Positions 39,311 to 53,550 of a DNA stretch of 64,000 nt are shown piece by piece (within the stretch, counting starts at the first letter, position 1; every line of letters starts with the position of its first letter). Source of the DNA: Octopus sinensis (lineage: Eukaryota). The notes under the pieces are model-generated. The model searched no databases. It saw only the letters and a list, made by a program, of their open reading frames with translations, and was not told the origin of the DNA. The stretch is taken from positions 55,428,001-55,492,000 of the forward strand of contig NC_043009.1 in NCBI RefSeq assembly GCF_006345805.1, written 5' to 3'. The position numbers and the translations under genes are program-made.

Positions 39311-42224
39311 TTTGTAGTATAATATGTGACAATTATTTGGTTGCCATGGTAAAACTCTGAGTTTCGGATGTCGGGGCAGAAATCTGCTCCGGCATTTCGT
39401 CAGTTATTTGAAAAAGGAAACAGAAGATCCTGCATCTGTTCCGTAGGGGTGCATCTGGCTGTGTTGCATTAATCAGGGCAGGCTGTGCCACTTCAAGTGC
39501 TTGCTGTAGATCTAGTGAAAATTATATCGTTACTGTGAATGACATCAGGTAGCTCAAACGGTGACATACTGACAGACATACACCCAAAGTCGCACACACA
39601 CACTCACATTTGTGGATTAAGATAGCAGGCAATGGTTTCATGTAGAAGAGATCTCCACAAGAGTTCAAGAAAACCACTTGCAAATGTTGGTACTTGTTTC
39701 CATTTTGGATGCGAATACATATGGTTATGTGAAACTACAGAATTCAAATATAAATTCACAGAGATTTAATCAAGTGCAAGGTGAGTGGGTGGGAGCAACA
39801 ATATATATTTTCTTATAAGTTACCTACTCTGATATGGGTCTTTGTTTTGATGTTTTATAATCTTGCATAACCTTACCAAAATGGATATGTGTACAAACAG
39901 TTGTGGAGATTATTTTTGCAGGAAACTATTTGTTGCCTTGTTAATCCACAAATATACAGGATAGTTATCTACCAATGCAGTCTTGACCATTCATTATCCC
40001 TGTTCAATACAAGCAAGTGTATGAGTATGTGTGTGTGTGCACACATATTGGCATACGTACTACATACATACGTACATATATACATGCATGTATGCATACA
40101 TATATGTGCATTTTATACAGATGAATTAAAATGACTTTATAATTAAAATGCAGCAGAAAATAATCAGAGCAGAAACAAGCCAAATTTAGGCTATATTATT
40201 ATCCAATACAAAAGAATAGCAGAAAGTTCTTACCTGATGTAATGCAGAGGTTTCACTTTACCTGTGAAGGCAAACAGTATGATGTTATGGGTACCTTGTA
40301 CGTTTGGTGTTTCCAGAGCCTGAAAAGAAATTTATAGGAAGAACCAAACCTAAGAATTTTTGTACATAACATAGCATCAATTACCTACCATTCCCATGGG
40401 GCAAAATATGATAGATCATATAGTCCTGTTATAGATTTATGTTTAATGGGCATCGATATCGATTTCATAGTGAGGTACATGGTGAATTTTTGAAGGAAGG
40501 GAATGAAGTAAGGGCCACCAAACAGACTGCCCAACAACCACTAACACACATGTTTGAGCCTCTGGCTCTCTCTTTCTGCCTATTAGAATGGTTTCTGCTA
40601 CTCAGAACCTGTTGGGCTTCATGTCACTTCCACTCAGGAAGTCTCTCCTTTTTGTCTCTCCTCCTCCCATTACCCTTTTAACCCTTTCGTTACTGTATTT
40701 ATCTTGAGATATTCTGTGTTTTGTCCAATTAATTTTAAATATAGCAAACAATTTAGTAAAATAACTTAGTTATCATTAAGCTACTGTTAGGAACATAAAT
40801 TGTGGCTAAGGTTTGGTGGGAGACTTTAATTCAAAACTTATGAAAACAAGACATTTGTACTAAAGAGCCAGAGCTGGTTTCAGCCAGGTTGGTATTGAAA
40901 GGGTCAATAACTACCTAACTCAGATTCCCTTCTAATCACTACACCTAGTTCTTCTTTCCCAGAATGTCGATCTTCTGCAACTCCCATTCTGTTTGTGTCT
41001 TTCCTTGGGTGTTGATTCCCCATGGTTTCAGAAGAAACATTAATGACATCATTCTCACCTATCTTAGAACACCTGCAAAGACCATGAGCCTGCCCCTTCC
41101 TCTGAATTCAGCAAGTAAAAAAAAACAAACAAAAAACAAAAAAAAAAAAAAACAAAAAAAAAACAAAATGCCGATTATATAGTATACATATTGGTTTCGA
41201 ACTTTGACACAAGGCCAATTTGGGAGACAGGTAAGTGCTGTGCTCAAGTGGTACCTACTTTGTCTCTCCTGAAAGGGATGAAAGGCAAAGTCAACCTCGG
41301 TGGAATTATATATATGTATGTAACCAACTTATCTCCTCCCACAAAATTGCTGGCGTTTTGCCAAATGGTGAACCAATATTTATTTTATTTCGTTTTTGGA
41401 TTTGGTTTGCAAGATTCTTCATATGAGTTTGTGTGTTGAAGCATATTCTGTTGTATCTGGGGAGAGTAATTTTCTTTTTGCGCCTTGTAATTTAACACAC
41501 TCACCGGTAAAATTTCCACTTAATTCTTATTTTTATTTTCATAAAAATTTTCGTTGCATCTTGCAACCTTTTCAATAGACTTGACTCTCTTGAAATGGTT
41601 GCAAGACGCAACGAAAATTTTAGGAAAATAAAAATAAGAAATAAGTGGAAATTTTACTGATGAGTGTGTTAAATTTTAAGGCACAAAAAGAAAATGACTC
41701 TCCCCAGACACAACACAATATTTATTTTATTTACCTGAAATGAAACATACCTTGATGAGACTGGAATCAGGAAGTAAAAGAGGACCAAACTAAATATTCT
41801 TGTTTGTTTTTGGTCTTGTTTTGATGTGCAGGTGAAATAAGCAGTTGTGACGTTCATGTCTGTTCTGTTCATGGTGTTAAGTGAAATGTAACACCTTAAC
41901 CCATCATGGTTTCATCTTGCAAGAAGTTTATCTCTTTCTCTATGATGGTGGGGAGTGGGTTGGGATTGCAGAAGTTCCATCAAGACATATGACATGATTT
42001 GGGTATTTTTTTAAACCGACAAATCTGATCTCTTTCTTTACGTCTGAACATGGCTGATATCTTCCAGATGAGAGAGAGAGAGAGAGAGATCGCTCCCACC
42101 CATCCAGTACTTGACTGGTACTTTGTTAACTTTTAACTTATGAAAGGCAATACCACTACCACCACAACTACAAGTAGTACTAGTAGGGGTGTTTGGAGTG
42201 ATTGTGACAGTCATGGTAGTGGTG

Positions 42225-42302
<78 letters not shown>

Positions 42303-42304
42303 GT

Positions 42305-42353
<49 letters not shown>

Positions 42354-44059
42354 ATGTTAGTGGTAGTTATAGTAGAAGTACTAATAGTAATTAGATTTGA
42401 ACTTATGATAGTGTGTGGTTAGTAAATCCCTCTCAACCTTTCAGATAGGTACTTACATTGTATGGGTAGGCTAGGTTTACCAATGCTGCAGCATGAATGA
42501 TAAAGTCTATCTCGGTACACATGTGCAGGTAGTCATCCATGTTCATTCCCAGGTTGGCGATGGCCACATCACCTGAATATTAAAATGAACAAGAAAAAAG
42601 AAAATTCATTGTACAACATTTGTTTGGTGATGATGCAAGCAGGAAAATAGAACTCAAAACATGATGATGAGGATGGTATCTATTTTATCAACCATAAATG
42701 GATAAAAAATGAAGTTGACCTCAGCCTCAGTAGCATATGAACTCAGAATGTAAAAGGACCGAAGAAATGCTACTAATCATTTTGTCTGGGATGCTAATGA
42801 TTCTACCAGCTGGCCAATAATATTCAAATTTTGGAAGAAGGCCAACGGTTATTGAGGAGAGAAGAAAGGTGGACATTAAAATGATGATGACGACGACGAC
42901 GACGATGATGATGATGATAATGATCATTACACTCTTACAGTGGGTGACGTCAGGAAGGACATCCAGTCATAGAAACCATGCCAAATCAGACTGGAGTCTG
43001 GTGCAGCCTTCCAGCTTGCCAGCCCTGGTCAAAACGTCCAACCCATGACAGCATGGACAATGGATGATGAATGATAATGATCATAATGATGATGATGATA
43101 TATATATGTACCCCCATGTACATACATGCACACACTCCTATAAGACAGACACTCCCAACGCATACCCCTTCACACAAATTATACCCCACATATACACAGA
43201 CCCACAAACACACATTCCACATTGCACGCTAACATAACCCTCCCACCCCATGGCTTTATCCTTTACAGAAAAAAAAACAGACCAACAAACACAGCTATAT
43301 ATACCTACACCACCCCACAAAAAAAATTGCATACAACACCGCCACACATGCCACACACTCCATCCCCACAGGAACACCATATCAATAATACTTTCCCCAC
43401 TTCAAGATAACTCTAGCTGGCTTCACAGTATATTCAGCCAAGGGAAACAACTCTTAAACTAATCCCATGGCCATTTTTCATTCCATCACCTTTTCACCAG
43501 CAACAGCTGACCAGTTGTGCTAATCCACCTCTGATGAGCTTAAAGTTATATAATCAGTTTGTTACCTAACACTTCATTGTATTCTTTACATGAAACTGAT
43601 TGGTAAGACCAGCCATGATGGATATTTAATACTATATTTCGGATAATATCTATCTATCTATATATTACTCTTTACTCTCTTTTACTTGTTTCAGTCATTT
43701 GGCTGTGGCCATGCAGGAGCACCGCCTTGAGCCAAGCACATTGACCCCAGGACTTATTCTTTGTAAGCCTTGTACTTATTCTATCGGTCTCTTTTGCTGA
43801 ACTGCCAAGTTACAGGGATGTAAACACACCAGCATTGGTTGTCAAGCAATGTTGGGGCGGGGGGGGGGGGACAAACACAGACACACATACATATATATGA
43901 TGGGCTTCTTTCAGTTTCCGTCTACCAAATTCACTCACAAGGCTTTGGTTGGCCTGAGACTATAGTAGCAGACACTTGCCCAAAGTGCCATGCAGTGGGA
44001 CTGAACCCAGAACCATGTAGTTCGCAAGCAAGCTACTTACCACACATCCACTCCTATGC

Positions 44060-44095
<36 letters not shown>

Positions 44096-46898
44096 ATATA
44101 TATATATATATACACACACATATATATATACATATACATATATACACACATATATATATATATATACATACAAACTTAGTAATAATAATTCTTTCTAACT
44201 TTGGTACAAGGCCAGCAATTTTGATGGGAAATAGTAAGTTGATTACATTGCTCCCAGAATTTGGTTGGTACCTATTTTATCAACCCTAAAAGGATGAAAC
44301 ACAAAGTCCACCTCAATAGCATATGAACTTATAATGTAAAGCACCAGAGGAAATTTTGTCTGGCATGTTAATGATTCTACCTGCAGACCAATAACACTGG
44401 TTTCAAATTTTGGGAGCGCCAACAGTTGTTGAGGGGAGGGGAAGTTGATTTGATTGACTGTAGTACTTGACTGGTTCTTATTTTATTGACCCCAGAAAGA
44501 TGAAAGGCAAGGTCAATATTGGCAGAATTTGAGCTCAGAACATTAAGATGGCCATAATGCTGTTAAGCATTTTGTCCAGTGTGCTAATGGTTCTGCCAGC
44601 TTGTCACCTTAAACTGGCCAATAATAACGATTGCAAATTTTGGCACACAGCCAGTAATTTCAGGGGAGTGGGTAAGTCGATTGATTCAACCCCAGTCCTC
44701 ATCAGCCCCAGTCCTCATCAGCCCCAGTCCTAACTTAGGGATGAAAAGCAAAGTCAACCTTGGCGAAATGTGAACTCAGAACAAAAGATCAAGCATCTGG
44801 GCTAGTGTGCTAACCATTCTGCTTGCTTTCCACCTTAAGCTGGCCAATAATAATAATAATAATAATAGTGATAATAACTCTGAGCACTTTTTCAAACTCC
44901 ACCTGTCTAACACCTGTGGACATGTTTACAAAATCAGAAAACTGCACAGCTCCCATGACTTTCGGAAACATTTTTCACGCTAAGAGTTGCTGAAGCATGG
45001 AACAAACTGCCAGTATCAGTTGTTTGTTGTCAGAGCACTGCATCCTTCAAAACTTCCATGCTTCCTGAGATTCGCCAACACTACACCCGATTTTCTCCCC
45101 TCCATACACATGCAAGCATGCATCTGACTCATACACTGTTCTCTTTCCAGACATTTGTACATTACTGCATATACTTTATATGCACTTTTGACAAATTGTG
45201 GTGCACCTGAGCACTGTATACAATAATTTCATTATTATTATATTATTATAATAGAAAAATTGAAGCAGCAGGAAATAGAATTACCTTTGACAGTTGCTAC
45301 TCTGCTTTTTATTAGATTTGCAACATTCTTCTGTTTTTCTGTTGCTTTGGTCGCTTCTTTAGGCAAAATACCAAATTTTTTTAAAGAATCCATCAGCCGC
45401 TTCTTACTATCCATATTTGGTTGTTCTCGGACAAGACAGTAAATAAATGTCTAAAAGTAAATATAAATTTAATGAAAATCAATATCCTTTATCTTTTACT
45501 TGTTTCACTCACTGGATTGTGGCCATGCTGGGGTACCACCTCGAAGTGTTCAATTGAACAAGCTGATTCCAATACTTCTTCACTTCTGTTTTTTCTTCTT
45601 TTTTTTTAAAAATCTGGTACTTATTCTATCAGTCTTATTTGCTGAACAGTGAAGTTATAGTGGACATACAAAAACCAAGACTGGTCATCAAAAAGTGGAG
45701 GAGGCTTCAAATAGATACAAAGACATTCTCCCACATACACATGGCATGTTTTGACACAGTCTCCATCAACTAAATTCCCTCGCAATGCATTGGTTGGCAT
45801 GGGGCTATCGTGCTGCCTAAGGTGCTGTGCAGTGGGACTGAACCTGAAACAATGCGGTTGCAACATGAGCTTCTTAACCACACTGTCATGTCAACACCAA
45901 TAACTCTATCTAATATACACTGGCTGTAAGGCAACAAACCAGCAGAAATCATTAACATGCTGAGCAAAATTCATTGCAGCTTTTTGTCCATCTTTACATT
46001 CTCAGTTGAAATTCTGCTGAGGGTGACTTTACCTTTCATCCTTTAGGGGTTTATAAAATAAATACCAGCCAAGCACTGGGGTCAATAAAATCAAGTAACT
46101 CCTTCCCTTAAAATTGCTGGCCTTGTAGTGAAATTTGAAATCAATATATATTGGCTGTGGTTTTTACTGGTCACTGTCTTTCTCTCTCTTTTTCTCTTTT
46201 GCCGAGTTTCTTTTTGTTTCAGCATTGTTTTATTTACTTCTAACAATAGATTTATTTTATTCTCTACTTCAACACTTCACTTAATTTCTAATTATGCCGT
46301 TGCCCCAAACGTGGCCGTTGCCAGCGCCGTCCCGACTGACCTCTTGCTGGTGGCACGTAAAAAGCACCATCCGTTTGTGGCCGTTGCCAGCCTCGTCTGG
46401 CACCTGTGCTGGTGGCACGTAAAAAGCACCCACTACACTCACGGAGTGGTTGGCGTTAGGAAGGGCATCCAACCGTAGAAACATTGCCAGATCAGACTGG
46501 AGCCTGGTGCAGCCTTCTGGCTTCCCAGACCCCAGTTGAACCGTCCAACCTGTGCTAGCATTGAAAGCGGATGCTAAACGATGATGACGATGATGATGAT
46601 GATGATGATGATTTAATCAACGTAATTAGAAATTGATTTCATTAGAGACAAAAACCATTAAATAAAGCACTCACAAATAATGAAAATGTATAGATATTGC
46701 ATTGAAAAATGTTGCTTACAAATTGTTTGTAAGTCAAATGCAGACATGGTTAACAGCTCGCTTTGCAACCATGTGATTTCAGAGTGAGTCCCAATATGTT
46801 GCCTTGTGATCAGGTGTCTTTAACTATAGTCCAAAAATGACCAAAGCTTGCATGCGAATTTGATTGACAGAAACTGTATGGAAGCCTGCCATACATAA

Positions 46899-46929
<31 letters not shown>

Positions 46930-47315
46930 TGTATACATGTGTTTGTGTGTGTATATACATGTGAAGGCGCATGGCTCAGTGGTTAGAGCGTCGAGCTTAC
47001 GATCGTGAGGTTGTGAGCTCGAATCCCGGACCAGGCTGCGTGTTGTGTTCTTGAGCAAGGCACTTTATTTCACGTTACTCCAGTTCACTCAGCTGTAGAA
47101 ATGAGTTGCGACGTCACAGGTGCCAAGCTGTATCGACCTTTGTCTTTCCCTTGGATAACACTGGTGGCGTGGAGAGGGGAGGCTGGTATGCATGGGCGAC
47201 TGCTGGTCTTCCATAAACAACCTTGCCCGGACTTGTGTCTAGGAGGGTAACTTTCTAGGTGCAATCCCATGGTCATTCATGACTGAAGGGGGTCTTTACC
47301 ATATACATGTGTATA

Positions 47316-47384
<69 letters not shown>

Positions 47385-47621
47385 TATAGTGTATATACAA
47401 ACATACATACATACATACATACAAACATACACACCACACACACACACATATATACGCACATATAATATATATGTACGTACGTATTTATGTATGTATGTAT
47501 GTATGTATTTTTAAGGATTTAAGGATTTAAGGATATATACATATATATATATATGCATATATATATATAACATATATATATATATACGTATATATACACA
47601 CACATATATATATATATATTA

Positions 47622-47706
<85 letters not shown>

Positions 47707-48454
47707 TACATACATGTATATACATATACATGCATGAATGTGTACATACATGTGTGTGTGTGTGTGTGTACCTTTCTATCTGTGTTTGTCCCTCCCCACT
47801 ACTTGATAACCAGTGTTGGTTAGTTTACATTTCTGTAATTTGGAGTTTTAGCAAAAGAGATTGATAGAACAAGTACCAGACTTATAAAAAATATAGGCAT
47901 TGGGTTTGAATTGATCGACAAAACCCTTCAAGATGATGCCCCAGCATGCCCACAACCCAATGACTGAAACAGGTAAAAGATAAAAGATAGATTAAAAGCA
48001 GATAATTCTAAGGAAAATAGATGGAATTATTTTTACAACTAATACCTTTGTGTTTAAAAGAAGCTCCTGAATCAAAAATGCTCCCAAGAATCCTGTTGCT
48101 CCAGTGACAAAAATTCTTCCTTTATGCCACCTATTGCCAACATGGAAAGATCTCCAGAATGCTCTCAGGCTCATGTCAATACTGTTATTATATAAGAAAT
48201 ATAAGAATGGGATTATTTTCACAGGAAGTATACATTGGAAAGGTAACAAATTCATTTGATATCTTGAGAGATGTTGGTTCACATCCCATAGACAGCCTTC
48301 AATGTTTTCTAGCCAAAGGGATTTTTAACTCAATATTTACATGTTATTAGTTATAGTTTTATGTGCGTCAAGATCCAACATTCCAAGAAAGAATTATTGC
48401 ATGTTTTCTCAAAAGTTTATAAATTCTTATGAATACAAAAATATGTATTTACAT

Positions 48455-48496
<42 letters not shown>

Positions 48497-50606
48497 GCCA
48501 GTGGCATGTAGAAAGCACCCAGCACACTCTGCTAAGTGGTTGGCATTAGGAATGGCATCCAGCTGTAGAAACCATGTCTTAATAGACAGCTGGGGTCTGG
48601 ACAGCTCTCTGCTACCTAGCTCCATGTCAAACTATCCAACCCATCCCAGCATGGAGAGAAGATTTTAAACAGTGATGATGATGATATATATACAGATACA
48701 TACATATATATATATCATATGATCATGTGTCTGACTAGACTATTGAATACTGTGTCCAATGCACTTTGCATCATTTTAACCTTCAATTTGATATGTGATA
48801 ACCTGTTCAACCCATATCAACATGGAAAAGTGGACTTGAAAAATAACTGATTACATTGAATATTGTGACGACACTATGTTTCAATCAATTTGATTGCCAA
48901 TCAGAAAGTAATATAGATGTAAATGTTAAGATGACAATCTATGTGACATATTTTAGCCTTTTAGCATTCAAATTACTCTGTCAAATGTAAGAGATATACA
49001 TTCACATTGATTTGAATTAATCATGCATTATCTTGTAGCTTTGAGATTTCAATGATGTGAATGCTTATTTTTAGAATTACATTGTTGGATAGTTGTGTTG
49101 GAGGCCAGATCTGACCAGTTTGAACATTAACCCTTTCGTTACCAACTCGGCTGAAACCGGCTCTGGCTCTTTAGTACAGATGTCTGGTTTTCAAAAGTTC
49201 TGAATTAAAACCTTCCACTAAACCTTAGTCACAATTTATGTCCCTAATACAAGCTAAATGATAACGATTTTATTTTACTTAATTCTTTGTTATATTTAAA
49301 ATAATTGGAATAAACACTGAGCATCTCAAAATAAATTCAGTAACGAAAGGGTTAAACAAGCAGAAAATTTGGGGCCAGATATGGTCAGTTTAAATGCCAA
49401 AGGGTTAACATAAATACACCAAGAAAAAGCAAATTTGTTGCAGTATTCATCTGGATATAATATCGCTAATGGTGTACAGTTCAAAAACACAATATATATA
49501 TATATATATCAGTGGCAGATAGAAATTTTCTTAAGAGTGGCCAATAAGAATGCTACACTTGCATTTTTGCCTAATTGAGTGTTGTCAGTAGCTTGTGCTC
49601 ACAACCAACCACATGCAAAGATGAAATACTCTGCCACTGATATAAGGAAACAGAATGACCAATCACTGGTGTTGCTGATAGCCTCCCGGCTGAATAAAAG
49701 TCTGTTATATGCAATAGAAGCAGTATTAGATTAACATAGTCATCTGTTTTGGATAGGGTTGTCTTTTTAAACACAACAGATCCATAAGATATCTGATATC
49801 TGGATGAATAATGCAGTAAATTTGCTTTTTTAAGTTATGTCTACATTAAATATGATACACACAGGTTTTAATATAATACTGCTTCGATTGCATATTATGA
49901 TAAATATTGGTTTCAAATTTTGGTGCAAGGCTAACAGTTTTGGGGGGAGGGTGTAAGTTGATTACATAAACCCCAGTACTCAACTGGTACTTATTCTATC
50001 AGCCCTGAAAGGATGGAAGGCAAAGTTGACCTCAGTGGAATTCAGAATATAAAGATGGATAAAATGTTGCTAAGCATTTTGTCCAGCTTGATGATGATTC
50101 TATCAGCTTGCTGTATTATAATGAGAAATATTGAGATTACTTTTTATTTTTCTCCAAATCAAATGAAAAACTGAAAACTATTATAATCTTATTTACAACA
50201 ATTAATCTTAGGGATTTAAATATTTCAGAAACATAAAATATTGGCTTTGGTTTGGTCAAAAATATACTTCAATTTAAAAATATGGTTTGGTCAAATATAT
50301 TTTTCAATTTAAAAAGATGTTTTTGTGGCTTATCAAAGGAATAATTTGGAATATTTACTTTACAAAACCAGGATCATGTCGCTCCACTTCTTCGAGTAGA
50401 TTGGGTTGGATGTACATTTGTTCATCTCCGTCGAGAGATGGACTTAAGTTGAGACGGCCCTCAATTAGTTGAGCCTGTTGCTTTACTGTTGGGAACAGAA
50501 ACAAATCTTTTACATTGAGTTCCACTTTAAATTCTTCTTTCAAGTCATTAAGGAGTGTTGCTGCTAAAAGGGAATGTCTGCAAGGAAAAGAAATACACAC
50601 ATATAT

Positions 50607-50637
<31 letters not shown>

Positions 50638-52346
50638 GTTAATGTCCGCTTTCCATGCTAGCATGGGTTGGACGATTTGACTGAGGTCTGGAGCACCATA
50701 CTCCAGTCTGATCTGGCAGTGTTTCTACAGCTGGATGCCCTTCCTAATGCCAACCACTCCGAGAGTGTAGTGGGTGCTTTTACGTGCCACCGGCACGAGG
50801 GCCAGTTTGGTGGTACTGGCAACGGCCATGTCCAAATGGTGCTTTTTACGTGCCACCTGCACAGGAACCAGTCCAGTGGCACTAGTGACATCCTCACTCG
50901 AATGTTTCACGTGCCACCAGCACAAGTGCTAGTAAGGTGATGCGGTAATGATCACGCTTGAATGGTGTGCTTAACGTGTCACTGGCATGAAGGCCAGTTT
51001 TTTGCTCAGGCAACAATCTCACTTGTATGGTACTCTTGGTGCTCCACTAGCAACAGATGCCGGTCACCGAGTTTGATTTCGACTTCGATTCACTTGTCTT
51101 AACTGGTCTTCACAAGCAGAGTTTAGTGTCCAATGAAGAAAAGGCATGCATACGTGGACTGGTTACACCCCTTGCATAAGCCACAAGGTTATGGTCACAC
51201 TTGCGCTTGCCGAGCCTTCTGCAGCACAGCATATTTCCAGAGGTCCCGGTCACTAGTCATTGCCTCGGTGAGGCCCAATGTTTGAAGGTCATGCTTCACC
51301 ACCTCTTCCTGGGTCTACCTCTTCCACAGGTTCCCTCAATTGCTAGGGTGTGGCACTTTTTCACACAGCTATCCACATCCATTCTCGCCACATGCCCATA
51401 CCAGCACACCACATCTGATGCTTCTTAGGTCCAACCTTTCTCTCAGGGTACTAACACTCAGTCGAGTATGCACACTGGCATTACACATCCATCGGAGCAT
51501 GCTGGCTTCATTCCTTGCGAGCTTACGCATATCCTCAGCAGTCACAGCCCATATTTCACTGCCATGTAGCATGGCTGTTTGTACACATATATTGTACAGT
51601 CTACCTTTTACTCTGAGCGAGAGGCCCTTTGTCACCAGCAGAGGTAAGAGCTCTCTGAACTTAGCCCAGGCTATTCTTATTCTAGCAGCTACACTTTCAG
51701 TGCACCCTCCTCCGCTACTGATTTGGTCACCTAGGTAACAGAAGCTATCAACTACTTCTAGTTTTTCTCCCTGGAATGTGGTGGAAATTGTTCTCTACAC
51801 ATTTTCAGTGTTATATATAGCTCCCGAGCATCTGCCACATACGAAAACTATCCTCCCAGTTAGCCTTCCTTTGATATTGCTGCACCTCTTATGTGTCCAT
51901 AGTTTACACTGGGTACATCTTATAGAGTTTCTACCTACACCTTTTCTACAGATCGAGCAGGGTCATCTACCTGAAGGGATTTGTTGTTTGCCTACCTTCC
52001 TACATATTAGGACTTTGGTTTTAGCTAGGTTGACTCTAAGGCCCTTCGATTCTAATCCTTCTTTCCACACTTGAAACTTCTCCTCTAGTTCTGTTAGTGA
52101 CTCAGCAATTAGAGCAAGGTCATCAGCATAGAGGAGCTCCCAGGGGCATCCTGTCTTGAATTCCTCTGTTATTGCCTGGAGGACTATGATAAATAGGAGG
52201 GGGCTGAGGACTGAACCTTGGTGGACCCCTACCTCTACCTGGAATTCTTCACTGTACTCGTTACCAACCCTCACCTTACTGACAGTGTCCCTGTACATGG
52301 CTTGCACGGCTCTCACTAACCATTCATCTATCCCTAGTTTCCTCAG

Positions 52347-52379
<33 letters not shown>

Positions 52380-52382
52380 TAT

Positions 52383-52435
<53 letters not shown>

Positions 52436-52594
52436 GTGCATAGAAGAATATATTAATCAAAGGAATTCCAACTTTGATCTTCATGTTTTATTTACAATCT
52501 TATAATAATACTCAGGGTTTCACATTTCTGCTTTTTACGCACATGTATTCATGAAGGTGTGAATATGTGTGAACTTAGGCACATATTCATACAT

Positions 52595-52628
<34 letters not shown>

Positions 52629-52841
52629 TTTAAAATTTCATAGAAGAATACATATATAGATACATATATAGGCATAGGAGTGGCTGTGTGGTATGTAGCT
52701 TGGTTACCAACCATATGGTTCTAGGTTCAGTCCCTCTGCATGTCATCTTGGGCAAGTGTCTTCTACTATAGCCTCAGGTCGACCAAAGCCTTGTGAGTGG
52801 ATTTGGTAGATGGAAACTGAAACAAGCCCATCGTATATATG

Positions 52842-52876
<35 letters not shown>

Positions 52877-53495
52877 CTGTGTTTGTTCCCCCAACATCGC
52901 TTGACAACCGATGCTGGTGTGTTTACGTCTCCATAACTTAGCAGTTTGGCAAAAGAGACCAATAGAATAAGTACTAGGCTTACAAAGAATAAGTCCTGGG
53001 GTCGATTTGCTCGACTAAAGGTGGTGCTCCAGCATGGCCACAGTTAAATGACTGAAACAAGTAAAAGAGTAAAAGAGATATATTCTTACCCTCCTAAATC
53101 AAAGAAGCTCTCTTCAATGTCAATAGTACTTAGTTGTAAAACTGTCATCCAAATTTTGGCAAGTTTTTTCTCTGTATCTGTTATTGGGACACCACTTAAA
53201 TCAATGGTATCCAACAACTGGCTGTTGTATTCTGGTAGAGCTTTCTTATCCAGCTTGCCGGTTGCTGGGACAACTGGAATACTGAATTGAGTTAGAAAAG
53301 AAGTGGTTACAAAACAGTAAAGTTAAAATACACACATGTGCATGCACACACACACACACACACATTCACATACATACATACATACATACATACAAGCATA
53401 TATATAGATATTTGATAGATAGATATCGATAGATAAATATATACATATATACACACACATATATACACTGGCATACACATAAACACACACACACA

Positions 53496-53550
<55 letters not shown>

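Noticed and set aside
42140-42422. Poly-Ser and poly-Val/Ala ORFs
   Set aside because: (AGT)n/(AGC)n trinucleotide repeats next to exon 9; no splice or homology support.
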